From Nitrosopumilaceae archaeon (GTDB lineage Archaea; Thermoproteota; Nitrososphaeria; Nitrososphaerales; Nitrosopumilaceae): a DNA stretch of 34,955 nucleotides. Positions 17,945 through 26,517 of the stretch are shown here, piece by piece. The stretch is from positions 1 to 34,955 of the forward strand of contig JAGWAW010000003.1 of assembly GCA_021296165.1 (NCBI GenBank), given 5' to 3'. The translations under genes were made by a program, and so were the position numbers. Positions within the stretch are counted from its first letter, which is position 1. Every line of letters begins with the position of its first letter. A model generated the notes under the pieces. It was not told the DNA's origin, made no database searches, and saw nothing but the letters and a program-made list of their open reading frames with translations.

Positions 17945-18607
17945 GTGAACACATCCCAGGCCATGTCAATACTGAACGTGGACCGGAATGCGGATCCCGA
18001 CATGATCAAGGCCGCGTACCGCAAACTGGTGCTGGAGCACCATCCGGACCGTAAAAACGGGGACGATGTGCAGTTCAAAAAGATCACTGAGGCGTACCAC
18101 GCCCTCACCGACGGGGATGCCCAGAACGCAGAGCCCGAGGAACCCGCCGCCGAAAAGTCCGGGTGGGGCGCCGGCCCCACAGACCGGGCCAAGTGGGGGG
18201 CAGGACCCACCGATAAGGTGCCCGAGGAGGACTGGAGCAGGTACACTACCGAGTTCGAGGAGGACACGGCGTGGTGGAAGGAGTATGAGAACCGGTTCTG
18301 GAAGGCGTACGAGGGCCGGGTGCGCGGCAACGCCGGCGCCAAGTCCGAGAAGGCCCAGGAGCCCCGGGTGCAGCCTGAACTGCGAGTCGATGTGGATCAG
18401 AGCCTCTGCATAGGGTGCTGCAGCTGTGAGACCATAGCGCCGGATGTCTTTGAGATAAACCGCAACGCAAAGTCCAACCCCAAGTCAAGCGTGAAGGACC
18501 CGCGGGGGGCCGGGGTCAACCGCATCATGAACGCCGCTGAGACGTGCCCCACCAAGGCCATCATGGTGGATAACATGCGGACCGGCGAGCGGATGTATCC
18601 ATTCTAG
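17945..18607 (+). CDS. J-domain (DnaJ-like) protein fused to a C-terminal ferredoxin-like Cys-cluster domain
   Basis: J-domain with HPD (AYRKLVLEHHPDRKNG...ITEAYHALTD). The C-terminal LCIGCCSCETIAPDVF...AAETCPTKAI resembles a single-cluster ferredoxin. The linker has a tandem WGAGPTD(R/K) duplication. GTG 17945 or ATG 17963. Confidence 0.8.
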   Translation: MNTSQAMSILNVDRNADPDMIKAAYRKLVLEHHPDRKNGDDVQFKKITEAYHALTDGDAQNAEPEEPAAEKSGWGAGPTDRAKWGAGPTDKVPEEDWSRYTTEFEEDTAWWKEYENRFWKAYEGRVRGNAGAKSEKAQEPRVQPELRVDVDQSLCIGCCSCETIAPDVFEINRNAKSNPKSSVKDPRGAGVNRIMNAAETCPTKAIMVDNMRTGERMYPF

Positions 18608-19035
18608 CCCCGCAGGCGGGCTAGTATGCCGTCCAGCTCCGGTCCGGAGCAGGCGGCCGACTCCGGAAACATCGAATGTATGGCGCCTCCGGAATCACCG
18701 GCGTACCGGGGCACCAGGTGTACGTGTACGTGGGGCACCTCCTGGCCGGCTCCTTGGCCGTTGTGCACGGCCAAGAGGGTGGCGCCACCCAGCCCGTCGG
18801 TCTTGGGGATCAGTTTGGCGGCCATCTCAAAGACTCCCGTGACCTCGGCGGTAGTCATGTCCTGGATCAGACGGCGGTGCGCCTTGGTCGCCACCAGCGT
18901 GTGGCCGGGGGTCAGAGGGAACGCATCCATAAATGCGGCGGCAGTGTCTGACTCAGATACCATGCGGGCGGGGATCTCGCCTGCTATGATCCGGCAGAAT
19001 ATGCAGCCCGCGCCTACGGCACTATCTCGGCCCAA
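18604..19035 (-). CDS. HIT-family (histidine triad) nucleotide hydrolase/transferase
   Basis: 143 aa with CIFCRIIAGEIP and the histidine triad HVHVHLVPR. TTG start overlapping the upstream gene. Confidence 0.9.
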   Translation of the reverse strand: MGRDSAVGAGCIFCRIIAGEIPARMVSESDTAAAFMDAFPLTPGHTLVATKAHRRLIQDMTTAEVTGVFEMAAKLIPKTDGLGGATLLAVHNGQGAGQEVPHVHVHLVPRYAGDSGGAIHSMFPESAACSGPELDGILARLRG

Positions 19036-19292
19036 GCCAGCCCCTCGCCGTACCGTATCGTCACCGTCTCGCCGGTCTGTGCGTTGCAGTTCTCTATGTG
19101 CTTTGGTATCTCATCGGTGGTGTCCGCCGCACAGACGCCGTTGTCGTTTGAGAGTATGACTACCTCCTCGTACACGTCGGCGCGTATGAGGTTCCAGAAC
19201 GGGAAGACCACAGTGGCTATGACCAGGCCGGCCAGCACCAGTATGCCGCCAAATATCATGGCATACTTGCGGCCGAACGTGGTCTCTCCCAT
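19014..19292 (-). CDS. small membrane-anchored hypothetical protein
   Basis: One clear TM helix (YAMIFGGILVLAGLVIATVVF). ATG 19292 lies 1 nt after the stop codon of the upstream zinc-finger gene; GTG 19310 is an alternative. Confidence 0.5.
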   Translation of the reverse strand: MGETTFGRKYAMIFGGILVLAGLVIATVVFPFWNLIRADVYEEVVILSNDNGVCAADTTDEIPKHIENCNAQTGETVTIRYGEGLAWAEIVP

Positions 19293-19293
19293 C

Positions 19294-19455
19294 TCACCAC
19301 GTGCCTCCACCTACGTCGTTGGGATTGAGCTTCTTCTCTGGGACGTTTCCGTGAGCCTTGTCACAATGCCGCTTCAGCCGTTGGGGTGTGTGCAGCTCCA
19401 GCCCGCACTCCTTGCACTTGGTACTGTCGTCACTCTTCCTGCTTAGCAATCCCAT
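19294..19455 (-). CDS. small C2H2 zinc-finger protein (53 aa)
   Basis: CKECGLELHTPQRLKRHCDKAH fits C-x2-C-x12-H-x4-H. It forms the 3' part of a long antisense track ORF. ATG 19455 is 22-33 nt downstream of a TATA element. Confidence 0.55.
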   Translation of the reverse strand: MGLLSRKSDDSTKCKECGLELHTPQRLKRHCDKAHGNVPEKKLNPNDVGGGTW

Positions 19456-19476
19456 GGATTTTTCGAGCCGGGCATA

Positions 19477-19488
19477 CATTATAAAGGA
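19477..19488. promoter_or_regulatory. shared or bidirectional TATA element between divergent leaderless genes
   Basis: CATTATAAAGGA (palindromic core TTATAA) lies 20-31 nt upstream of ATG 19508 (+) and 22-33 nt upstream of ATG 19455 (-). Confidence 0.45.
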
Positions 19489-19507
19489 TACCCGACGGCG
19501 GCCCGCC

Positions 19508-20653
19508 ATGGACAGGGTAAGGCACGTAACCGTCTTGGGATCGGGCGTCATGGGGCACGGCATAGCCCAGATAGCCGCCATGTCTGGGTATGGGGTGACC
19601 CTCCGGGACATAAAGCGAGAGTTTCTGGACCGGGCCATGGGCAAGATAAAATGGAGTTTGGACAAGATGACATCTAAAAAGAAGATCACTGCTGCTGAGG
19701 CATCAGATATTCTGTCTAGGATAAGGCCCGTGGTGGACATCAACGAGGCCTTGGCCGGGGCAGATCTGGTAATAGAGGTGGTTCCAGAGAATATGGATCT
19801 AAAGCGTACCGTATACGCGGAGCTGGACAGGGTCTCGGCGCCCGACACCATATTCGCGTCCAACACCAGCACGCTACCCATCACCGAAATAGCCGGGGCG
19901 ACCAGCCGCAAGGATATGGTGGTGGGCGTACACTTCTTCAACCCGCCCCAGCTGATGCGGCTGGTGGAGATCATACCCGGCAATGAGACCTCCAGCGACG
20001 TGGTCTCGCTTATGCGGGAGTTTGTGGAGAGCCTAGGCAAGACCCCCGTCCTCTGTCGTCAGGATGTGCCCGGGTTTATAGTAAATCGGCTGTTCATTCC
20101 CATGGTGCACGAGGCCCTCTACTCAGTGGAGCGGCAGGGCATAACACAGGAGGAGATGGATTCGGCGGTGAGGTTTGGGTTGGGATTTCCGATGGGGATA
20201 TTCGAGCTGGCCGACTTTACCGGCTTGGACGTCATACACAAGGCCAGCGAAGAGATGTACAGCCGGGATCAAAAAGTGCTGCGGCAGCACCCTCGTGTCG
20301 AGCAGCTATACCGGGCTGGCAAGCTGGGGCAAAAGTCCGGGGAGGGGTTCTACAAGTACGCGGATGAAAAGTACGAGCGGGTAGCCCTCTCCAAGGAGCT
20401 GGCCAGCAGGTGCGACCCGCTGCAGGTGCTGGCCAACATACTGAACAACGCCGCCTGGCTGATAACCAACCACGCCAGCGACCAAAAGGAGATAGAGCGG
20501 GCCGCAGAGCTGGGCTTGGGACTCAAAAAACCACTCTTCGAGACGGCCGCCAAGTTTGGAATGGATAGAATAGTGGCCGAGCTGGACAGGCTGGCCTCGC
20601 AGCATGGGCAGTTCTACGAGCCGGACGTCCTGCTCCGCACCATGTCTAAATAA
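19508..20653 (+). CDS. 3-hydroxyacyl-CoA (3-hydroxybutyryl-CoA) dehydrogenase
   Basis: NAD Rossmann motif VTVLGSGVMGHGIAQ, then NTSTLPITEIA and GFIVNRL. The duplicated C-terminal domain is typical of the roughly 380-aa archaeal form. Trimmed from track start 19358 to ATG 19508. Confidence 0.9.
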   Translation: MDRVRHVTVLGSGVMGHGIAQIAAMSGYGVTLRDIKREFLDRAMGKIKWSLDKMTSKKKITAAEASDILSRIRPVVDINEALAGADLVIEVVPENMDLKRTVYAELDRVSAPDTIFASNTSTLPITEIAGATSRKDMVVGVHFFNPPQLMRLVEIIPGNETSSDVVSLMREFVESLGKTPVLCRQDVPGFIVNRLFIPMVHEALYSVERQGITQEEMDSAVRFGLGFPMGIFELADFTGLDVIHKASEEMYSRDQKVLRQHPRVEQLYRAGKLGQKSGEGFYKYADEKYERVALSKELASRCDPLQVLANILNNAAWLITNHASDQKEIERAAELGLGLKKPLFETAAKFGMDRIVAELDRLASQHGQFYEPDVLLRTMSK

Positions 20654-21149
20654 GCTCGAATATTCGTTCGACGGCCTCCGCCGCCGATCCGGCCGCCTCT
20701 ACCTCCATGCTGCGGCGATGGTCCAGATGCATGCCGGCGTACTTGTCGGCCATGCCTCCAGTCCCCCGTATGGCCACCATGGGCTTGCGGTACATGTAGG
20801 CGGCGCACATCTCTGAGAGGGTGCCGACGCCGCCCCCCACTACGATTATGCCATGTGCCGCGTGCACGTTCACAAAGTCCCTCATAAGTCCCATTCCGGT
20901 TGGTACAACTATGTCGCAGTATGGGTTGGCCGCCGCCGCGTCATTCTGAGGTATTATCCCCACCGAGATGCCGCCGGCCTCCCGCGCCCCCTTGGACGCG
21001 GCCTCCATCACGCCGCCCATGCCTCCTGTCACCAGCACGGCCCCCCTGCCGGCCACCAGCCGTCCCACCTCGTAGGCTACATCCCGATGCGCGTCTAGGC
21101 AGCCGTTGTCGTTGTGGCCTATCAGCAGTATCTGGGTGCGGCCCGTCAT
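20646..21149 (-). CDS. TIGR00725/LOG-like Rossmann-fold nucleotide-binding protein
   Basis: 167 aa with VLVTGGMGGVMEAASKGA ... PTGMG ... VVGGGVGTLSE, as in the COG1611 family. Confidence 0.8.
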   Translation of the reverse strand: MTGRTQILLIGHNDNGCLDAHRDVAYEVGRLVAGRGAVLVTGGMGGVMEAASKGAREAGGISVGIIPQNDAAAANPYCDIVVPTGMGLMRDFVNVHAAHGIIVVGGGVGTLSEMCAAYMYRKPMVAIRGTGGMADKYAGMHLDHRRSMEVEAAGSAAEAVERIFELI

Positions 21150-21629
21150 GATCCGCCGGCCCGCCCATGCGCTTCTGTCATGCGTTTTCAGACCGACATT
21201 TCCCTATTAAATCCCGAGACGCGACGCAAAATTAGCAGGCGGCGCCCTGCCTGCCTATTGCGTCCCTTAGTGGCCCCAAACCCGCATCAGAATGGCTTGG
21301 CCGACCACTCCACAGACTATGCTGCGGGCGTGCCCGTGTCGTTCCGGCCGGTACCCGTACTGGTTCTTCGGTATGGAGGATCCTGGAGCGGCCCTGCTGT
21401 GGATTCCCGGGGCCGGGTCCGCGCACGGCTTGAGCCTGGTCGGGACGGCGCAGTCCGGCCCCATGTCGGCATGGCATGCCGAGCTGAGCGGCGGTACTCC
21501 GATCTTGCAGCGCCATAACGGGGTCTCGCGTCCGGTCCAGTATCTAATTGTGAGCCGAGCCTCCGGCGTAGCTGGCATCGGGTCCCGCATGTCTGGCACG
21601 CTTAAATCTGCGGCGCAGTCATACTGTGC

Positions 21630-21980
21630 GTGGAGTATGTGCCCCTGGCATCGGTGGCCACCAGGCGGTTTGAGGATACGGCATCGACCAAGGAGGTGCT
21701 GGCCCAGTTGGAGGAGGCGGCCCGCTCAGAGGGTGGATTTCGCATGTCGCCGGATGCACAGTTTGCCATGGGGTGGTGGTTCTATACCATACATGTCAGA
21801 CCGGAGGTGGTGCGGAGCATGTTGGATTTAGGCTTGATACGTGGGAGCGGCACGTCGGCCGCAGACCAGATTATAGCCCGCATACAGGCAGGACTGGACG
21901 CGGCCGGATGCGATGCCCGTGTAAAGCGCGCCTCCAAACCTTCCATATTCGCCAAGTACTGGGCATGGCTCATGAAGTAG
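21630..21980 (+). CDS. hypothetical protein
   Basis: 116-aa ORF of ordinary amino-acid composition. GTG 21630 is about 26 nt downstream of CTTAAATC. No recognisable domain. Confidence 0.4.
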   Translation: MEYVPLASVATRRFEDTASTKEVLAQLEEAARSEGGFRMSPDAQFAMGWWFYTIHVRPEVVRSMLDLGLIRGSGTSAADQIIARIQAGLDAAGCDARVKRASKPSIFAKYWAWLMK

Positions 21981-22453
21981 TGACTGGGCGAGCGCGTGGC
22001 GGCGCAAGATATCTGGGGCGCGGCGCAAAGATTTACGGTACACGCAAAAGCCGCTCCCGGCCAATATCGTTTTCTTGTGTTGGTGCGCGCCGCATTGCTA
22101 CTCGGTAACAAATTTCGTGCGGTGACCTTGCAGCAATTGGAGTCTGCGTTATGGTGTAGGCTCGCCCTGGCATGCGCGGATGGCCGCTCATATGTTTTAC
22201 ATCCCTACAGAAAATCTATCTGCCCGGCGCGCCAATTCCTTTAAAAATTAACCCTGTTGGTACCTATTTTCAGATCCGCGTGAGAAGTGCTGTACTGCTG
22301 GCACGGCCCCGTGCGTGCCCGTATAGTGCCTCCAAGTATCTATCTGGTTCAAAGCCGGCGCGCAGCTTCTCTGGCGCCGACTGGGCGCCCAAACGGCAAA
22401 AAGGCGATCAGGGGATCGTCACCCGAAGACATTTCAGTTGAGATTCCTGCCTG

Positions 22454-22463
22454 TTTTTATATA
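22454..22463 (+). promoter_or_regulatory. strong TATA box for Mrr-like gene
   Basis: TTTTTATATA lies 24-33 nt upstream of ATG 22487, which is in the Mrr-domain frame. Confidence 0.5.
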
Positions 22464-22486
22464 CTGGCGCTTCCGGCTTGAGAAGT

Positions 22487-23803
22487 ATGGGGGTAGGTTC
22501 GTGGCTGGGGCGGTCAAAACACCGGATGCCGGGGCGGCGGCGAGCTGCGCCACGTTCAGACGGAAAGCGGCGGATGGGGACGGACGGAAGTTCAGGTTCA
22601 AGGAAACGGTTTCAAAAAAAATCACCCAATGCCGGATCCTCTAGGGATGCTCGAATCTCCACTACACGCTCCGACAGGAGATCTGGGGATGTGTGGCTCG
22701 GCTCCACCACGGGGCTGGCGTTCGAGGGCGTGTGTGCAGACATACTTGAAGGATGTGGATTCACAGTGCATAGAATGGGCGGGACGGGAGATGGCGGCCG
22801 TGACATCATCATGTGGATTGATCGGAGAAAGGTTGTGGTGGAGTGCAAGCACCAGACAAAACCGGTTGGCAGACCGGTGGTACAAAAGCTGCACTCGGCG
22901 GTCATGACCGAAAAGGCTGTGGGGGGGGTTGTCCACGCTCTCCGTGCCATCCCACGCTGTAATTGATGTGAAAATCACCTCAAAAGGTAAAAGCAACCTG
23001 AACCGAATACAATTCTGCTGGTGGACAGCGGTGGACTATCCGTGTTGGCGCGGATGGCTGGCGTTAGTCTGCACCAAGGAGAGGATCCGTCCACGCGTGA
23101 CACCGACATAAGCGATGTCACCGGCATGTTTGCAGGTCTCAAGAGCTGCCCGGCAGGGGCCACTTCCCTGATGAATGCCAAGGTCACAAGTCAACATATA
23201 GACACGTGTTGGGTAGCAGAAGTAAGGGTAGAGCAGAGATTTCACAATAGCTCTGGTATGCTGGTACACAAGATGAAAAAGAAAAAGACTTACGCGTGCG
23301 GTCCGGACGGAAACATACTGGATGGCAAACTAGCCAAGAAGGTGAAGAAGGGTGGGGATGGCCTTCCCGTCAAGAGAAGCGAGTCGCCTCCTCGAAACGA
23401 TATAATCAGGACTGCGAAGGCAGAGTGTGTTAGGAATGTCAAATACAAGGGAGGTAATGGGTCCACATACGTAAAGAGGTGCGAGCCAACGGAAGGACAC
23501 ATACACGTAAACTTCCACCCGATCGGAGTGCTTCGGACAACGGTAGAGTTGAAATTTCTGAGAACGAAGTACAAGTGGGACATGCCTTGGGACAAGGAGA
23601 TAGCGTGCAAGGCATGTGGGAAACCCAAGGGAGTGCTCAAGCCGCTGCTAATCTGCAACGAGTGCGGAAGAGTGGTGCACGTTAGAACGTGTGGAGGAGA
23701 GTGCGGTAGGTGCAAAAAAACCATTTGTGACTCATGCGCCGTAAAGCGGAAGAAAATAATCAAAACAAGCCGGCTCTGTGGCGACTGCATTTCCTCTGAC
23801 TAG
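22487..23803 (+). pseudogene. Mrr-type (PD-(D/E)xK) restriction endonuclease domain protein with Cys-rich zinc-ribbon C-terminus, frame-disrupted
   Basis: In frame 2 (22487-22966), a basic disordered tail is followed by GLAFEGVCADILEGCGF...GDGGRDI...VVECKHQ...GRPVVQKLHSAV (Mrr_cat core). The domain's expected C-terminal end (TILLVDSGGLSVLARMAG) resumes in ORF 23021-23803, reached only through frame 0 (22929-23111). The first shift coincides with a G8 run at 22921-22928. The C-terminus carries CKACG...CNECG...CGGECGRC...CDSC...CGDC. Confidence 0.6.
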
Positions 23804-24138
23804 TGGCCTCTGACAAATTCCAAGCCGTCTGATTTGGTTGATCAAAGGCAGTGAGCCGGCTTGGATACTTCCCCCAATTCTAGCGCTATTACGGGCAGTA
23901 GGGTAATTATGATCGTTAGGATCTGTCATTTCCTGTAAGATGTCATCATTACGAAGCGGTTCCGAGCCTGATTCACACCGATTAATAGGCATTGTCCATA
24001 ATCCGCTCCAACTCTGTAGTTCTAAAAGCAGCTCCGCCCCTATTTTTTGGGACCATACCATACCAGTATGGGGGTGTCGGTTTGGGTAACAGCCTGCGTA
24101 TCCGCCGCACTGGAAACATTGGGGGCGGAGACTTGATG

Positions 24139-25223
24139 CATAATTAGCAGCAAGGCAGCACTCGGTGAGCGACTACAATCTCTAAGTAGCCTCCCCCGGC
24201 GCGGATGGTTATGAGAATCTTCAAGATCATGTCGAAGGACCCCCGCGCGTTCAGGATGACCACCGGCGTGTCGTTTCCGCAGTTCGATTTGTTGATGCGC
24301 GACATCGAAAAGGTCTACCCGGAGATCGAGAGAGCGAGGCTCGACCGCCCGGGCCGCAAGCGAAGGGTCGGCGCGGGGCGTCCATTCTCACTGCACCTGT
24401 GGGACAGGGTGCTGATGGCCCTCATGTACTGCAGAACATACCTGACCTAAGACGGCATGATCCACCTGTTCGGGCTAGCCAATGGTCTATATCACATAAC
24501 ATCGTGGTGTTGGTCCCGGTCATCCGCCAGTCGATACCACTGCCGTAGAAGGTATACCAGAAGGCCAGGCGGACGGCAACGGTCGAGGATCTGGAGGAGA
24601 TGTTCTCCGGGACGATCGCGCTGACCGACGCCTCCGAGCAGCCCATACTGCAGCCGACGCGGTCCGACATGGAAAAGTCGCACTACTCCGCCAAGGCCAA
24701 GATCCACACCGTCAAGGTCCAGTACGCCACAAACTTTGACGGACTCGTAGTACACAAGACAATCCACTCGCCGGGCCGGCCGTACGACTATCTGGTGTAC
24801 AAGATGAGGCACTCAACATTTCCCGGCGGCCTGCCGTACAAGAATTCAGGGGGTGCGGGGAGGATTGCGCGTGACCATCTGCGCCACTACGCGGATACGG
24901 CATACATTGCCATGGGAAATGCAGTTCCGGGGCTGGACTGTGTCGCCCCGATCAGGCGCAGGCCGGGAGATGACAAGAACCCGGCCGAGAGGGCTTACAA
25001 CCGGGCCCATTCCAGAGTCCGCATACCATACCAGATCGCTATCCGGAGGGTCAAGATCCTCCATACCATGAAGGAGAGGTACAGAAACCGGTTGAAAAAG
25101 TACGATCATACTATGACATCATCTGCGGGCTGGTCAACCAGGCCCTTCTGCTAAAGAGGGGCGGCCTCCTCTGGGAGTCCACAGGGGGCTACCTCACGAA
25201 ATGCCGCTTGATCTCTAATTATG
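24139..25223 (+). mobile_element. decayed IS5/Harbinger-like (DDE_Tnp_4 type) insertion sequence, copy A
   Basis: Imperfect terminal inverted repeats: CATAATTAGCAGCAAGGCAGCACTCGGTGAG at 24139-24169 versus the reverse complement of 25193-25223. About 21 of 31 positions match, including the 9 terminal nt. They enclose the broken transposase. Confidence 0.65.
24205..25154 (+). pseudogene. DDE_Tnp_4-family transposase, inactivated
   Basis: The N-terminal HTH part (RPGRKRRVGAGRPFSL...LMYCRTYLT) ends at in-frame TAA 24448-24450. Homology then continues (DGMIHLFGLANG...) with a frameshift near 24495 and a second stop near 24546. The DDE core is in ORF 24600-25154 (ALTDASEQPI...HYSAKAKIHTVKVQ...YADTAYIAM...NRAHSRVRIPYQIAIRRVK). 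The expected catalytic E is not seen, and there is a further shift near 25110. Confidence 0.7.
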
Positions 25224-25313
25224 GATCCTGTCTCGATACCCGCCGCCGGAGATCAGACGGGTGTGGTGTGCGAACTCGGGCGGTTGCTGGAAGCGCCCCC
25301 TGTCTCATGCACA

Positions 25314-25325
25314 AAGAATATTAAC
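25314..25325 (+). promoter_or_regulatory. TATA-like box for small RHH-like ORF
   Basis: AAGAATATTAAC is centred about 28 nt upstream of ATG 25347. Confidence 0.35.
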
Positions 25326-25346
25326 ACGCCGGCACCCACCACATCC

Positions 25347-25472
25347 ATGCCAGAACGAACCATGCCTGTCTGCTTTACAGACAAGCAGTACAGGATTATA
25401 GAGGAGTATGCCAGAAGCAGGGGCATGCTCAACGCCGGTCAGGCTCTGGAGAGCCTACTGCAGAACCGCTAG
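25347..25472 (+). CDS. small ribbon-helix-helix-like protein (41 aa)
   Basis: MPERTMPVCFTDKQYRIIEEYARSRGMLNAGQALESLLQNR has a beta-strand then helix-turn-helix pattern typical of CopG/RHH proteins. The track ORF (from 25221) is trimmed on TATA spacing. Confidence 0.4.
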   Translation: MPERTMPVCFTDKQYRIIEEYARSRGMLNAGQALESLLQNR

Positions 25473-25566
25473 GATATTCCGGCCTCTTTTATGAGCGGAT
25501 GTCGGCGCCCGCTCATGCCGTATCGCCACCTGCACAGTTAAATCCGTCCCACGTTTCGGTGGTGGC

Positions 25567-25977
25567 GTGGACCTCTTCAGCAGAAAGCCGGCACATTGTG
25601 CCGTGTGCGGCGCGCCTCTCAAGCACCGGCACAAGCCCAAGCGGGAGTGGAATGTCAAGGGGTACCTGTGCGGCGACTGCCACGTGACCAAATCGACGGA
25701 GTTTTACGAGGCCAAGGTCGTACAGCCCTGCGTGGTGTGCGGTACGCGGTACCGTATAGCGGACATGTGGGAGCCGCGATGGCAGTGGGACATGGACGGG
25801 CTGCTCTGCAAGGGGTGCTTTGACAAGAAGGAGGTGGACCACAAGTCCAAGAAGAGCACATGCGCTCACTGTGGAGCTCAGCTTGGCTTTATCCGGTATA
25901 ATCCCAAACCCAAGTGGCGGATGGAGGGCCAGCTCTGCAGAAAGTGCTGGGACGACACAAAGGCCGAGCGGGGGTAA
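25567..25977 (+). CDS. triple zinc-ribbon repeat protein
   Basis: 136 aa with three homologous modules of the form CxxC-x(17-21)-W-x(3-4)-G-x-LCxxC: CAVCG...REWNVKGYLCGDC, CVVCG...RWQWDMDGLLCKGC and CAHCG...KPKWRMEGQLCRKC. GTG start. Confidence 0.6.
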   Translation: MDLFSRKPAHCAVCGAPLKHRHKPKREWNVKGYLCGDCHVTKSTEFYEAKVVQPCVVCGTRYRIADMWEPRWQWDMDGLLCKGCFDKKEVDHKSKKSTCAHCGAQLGFIRYNPKPKWRMEGQLCRKCWDDTKAERG

Positions 25978-26008
25978 ACTTTTGCTCAGCGGGGCAGCTG
26001 ATGGGCCA

Positions 26009-26188
26009 TCATACGGCCTTTACTCTCTTGACTATGAGGGGCCGCATCTTTACAAAGACACGATATCCGCAGATGCACTTTATCTCCGGCAGCCGACTGA
26101 GCTCCTCGTTGGTGGTTTCGGTGCCGCACCTCAGGCACGAGTACCGCACTTCGAATTTGGTCTCACCAGTCTCTGTCTCCGACATCAT
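26009..26188 (-). CDS. rpoP: DNA-directed RNA polymerase subunit P (Rpo12)
   Basis: The C-terminal part of the track ORF, YSCLRCGTE...IKCICGYRVFVKMRP..VKRVKAV, matches the RpoP zinc-ribbon. ATG 26188 is 8 nt after the S10 stop. Confidence 0.75.
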   Translation of the reverse strand: MMSETETGETKFEVRYSCLRCGTETTNEELSRLPEIKCICGYRVFVKMRPLIVKRVKAV

Positions 26189-26196
26189 ACCATCAC

Positions 26197-26505
26197 CTAT
26201 GTGAGCAACAGCTCGATGTAGACGTCGTCGGGGATACGCAGCCGCATTAACTGGCGTATCACCTTGTCGTCGGCGTTGATATCTATAACTCTCCGGTGCA
26301 TCCTCATCTCCCACTTTTCATACGTCTCTGTACCGTTACCGCAGGGAGACTTGCGTGTGGCCACGTGCAGTCGCTTGACCGGAAGTGGTGTGGGGCCCTT
26401 TATGCGTACGCCGGTCTTTCTGCCTATGCCCATTATCTCGCCGCAGACGCTGTCCAGCTTTGGAAGGCTGACACTTGTCAACTTGACGCGGGCAGTTTGG
26501 GCCAT
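26197..26505 (-). CDS. rps10: 30S ribosomal protein S10 (uS10)
   Basis: 102 aa with KGPTPLPVKRL...RKSPCGNGTETYEKWEMRMHRRVIDI. It starts 12 nt downstream of EF-1alpha, the conserved tuf-rps10 order. Confidence 0.95.
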   Translation of the reverse strand: MAQTARVKLTSVSLPKLDSVCGEIMGIGRKTGVRIKGPTPLPVKRLHVATRKSPCGNGTETYEKWEMRMHRRVIDINADDKVIRQLMRLRIPDDVYIELLLT

Positions 26506-26517
26506 CCGAGTCTCTAC

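Noticed and set aside
23732-24061. A 109-aa minus-strand ORF between the zinc-ribbon gene and IS copy A.
   Set aside because: It has no recognisable motif and no well-spaced TATA box, and its 3' end overlaps the 23021-23803 ORF. The evidence is insufficient to call it.
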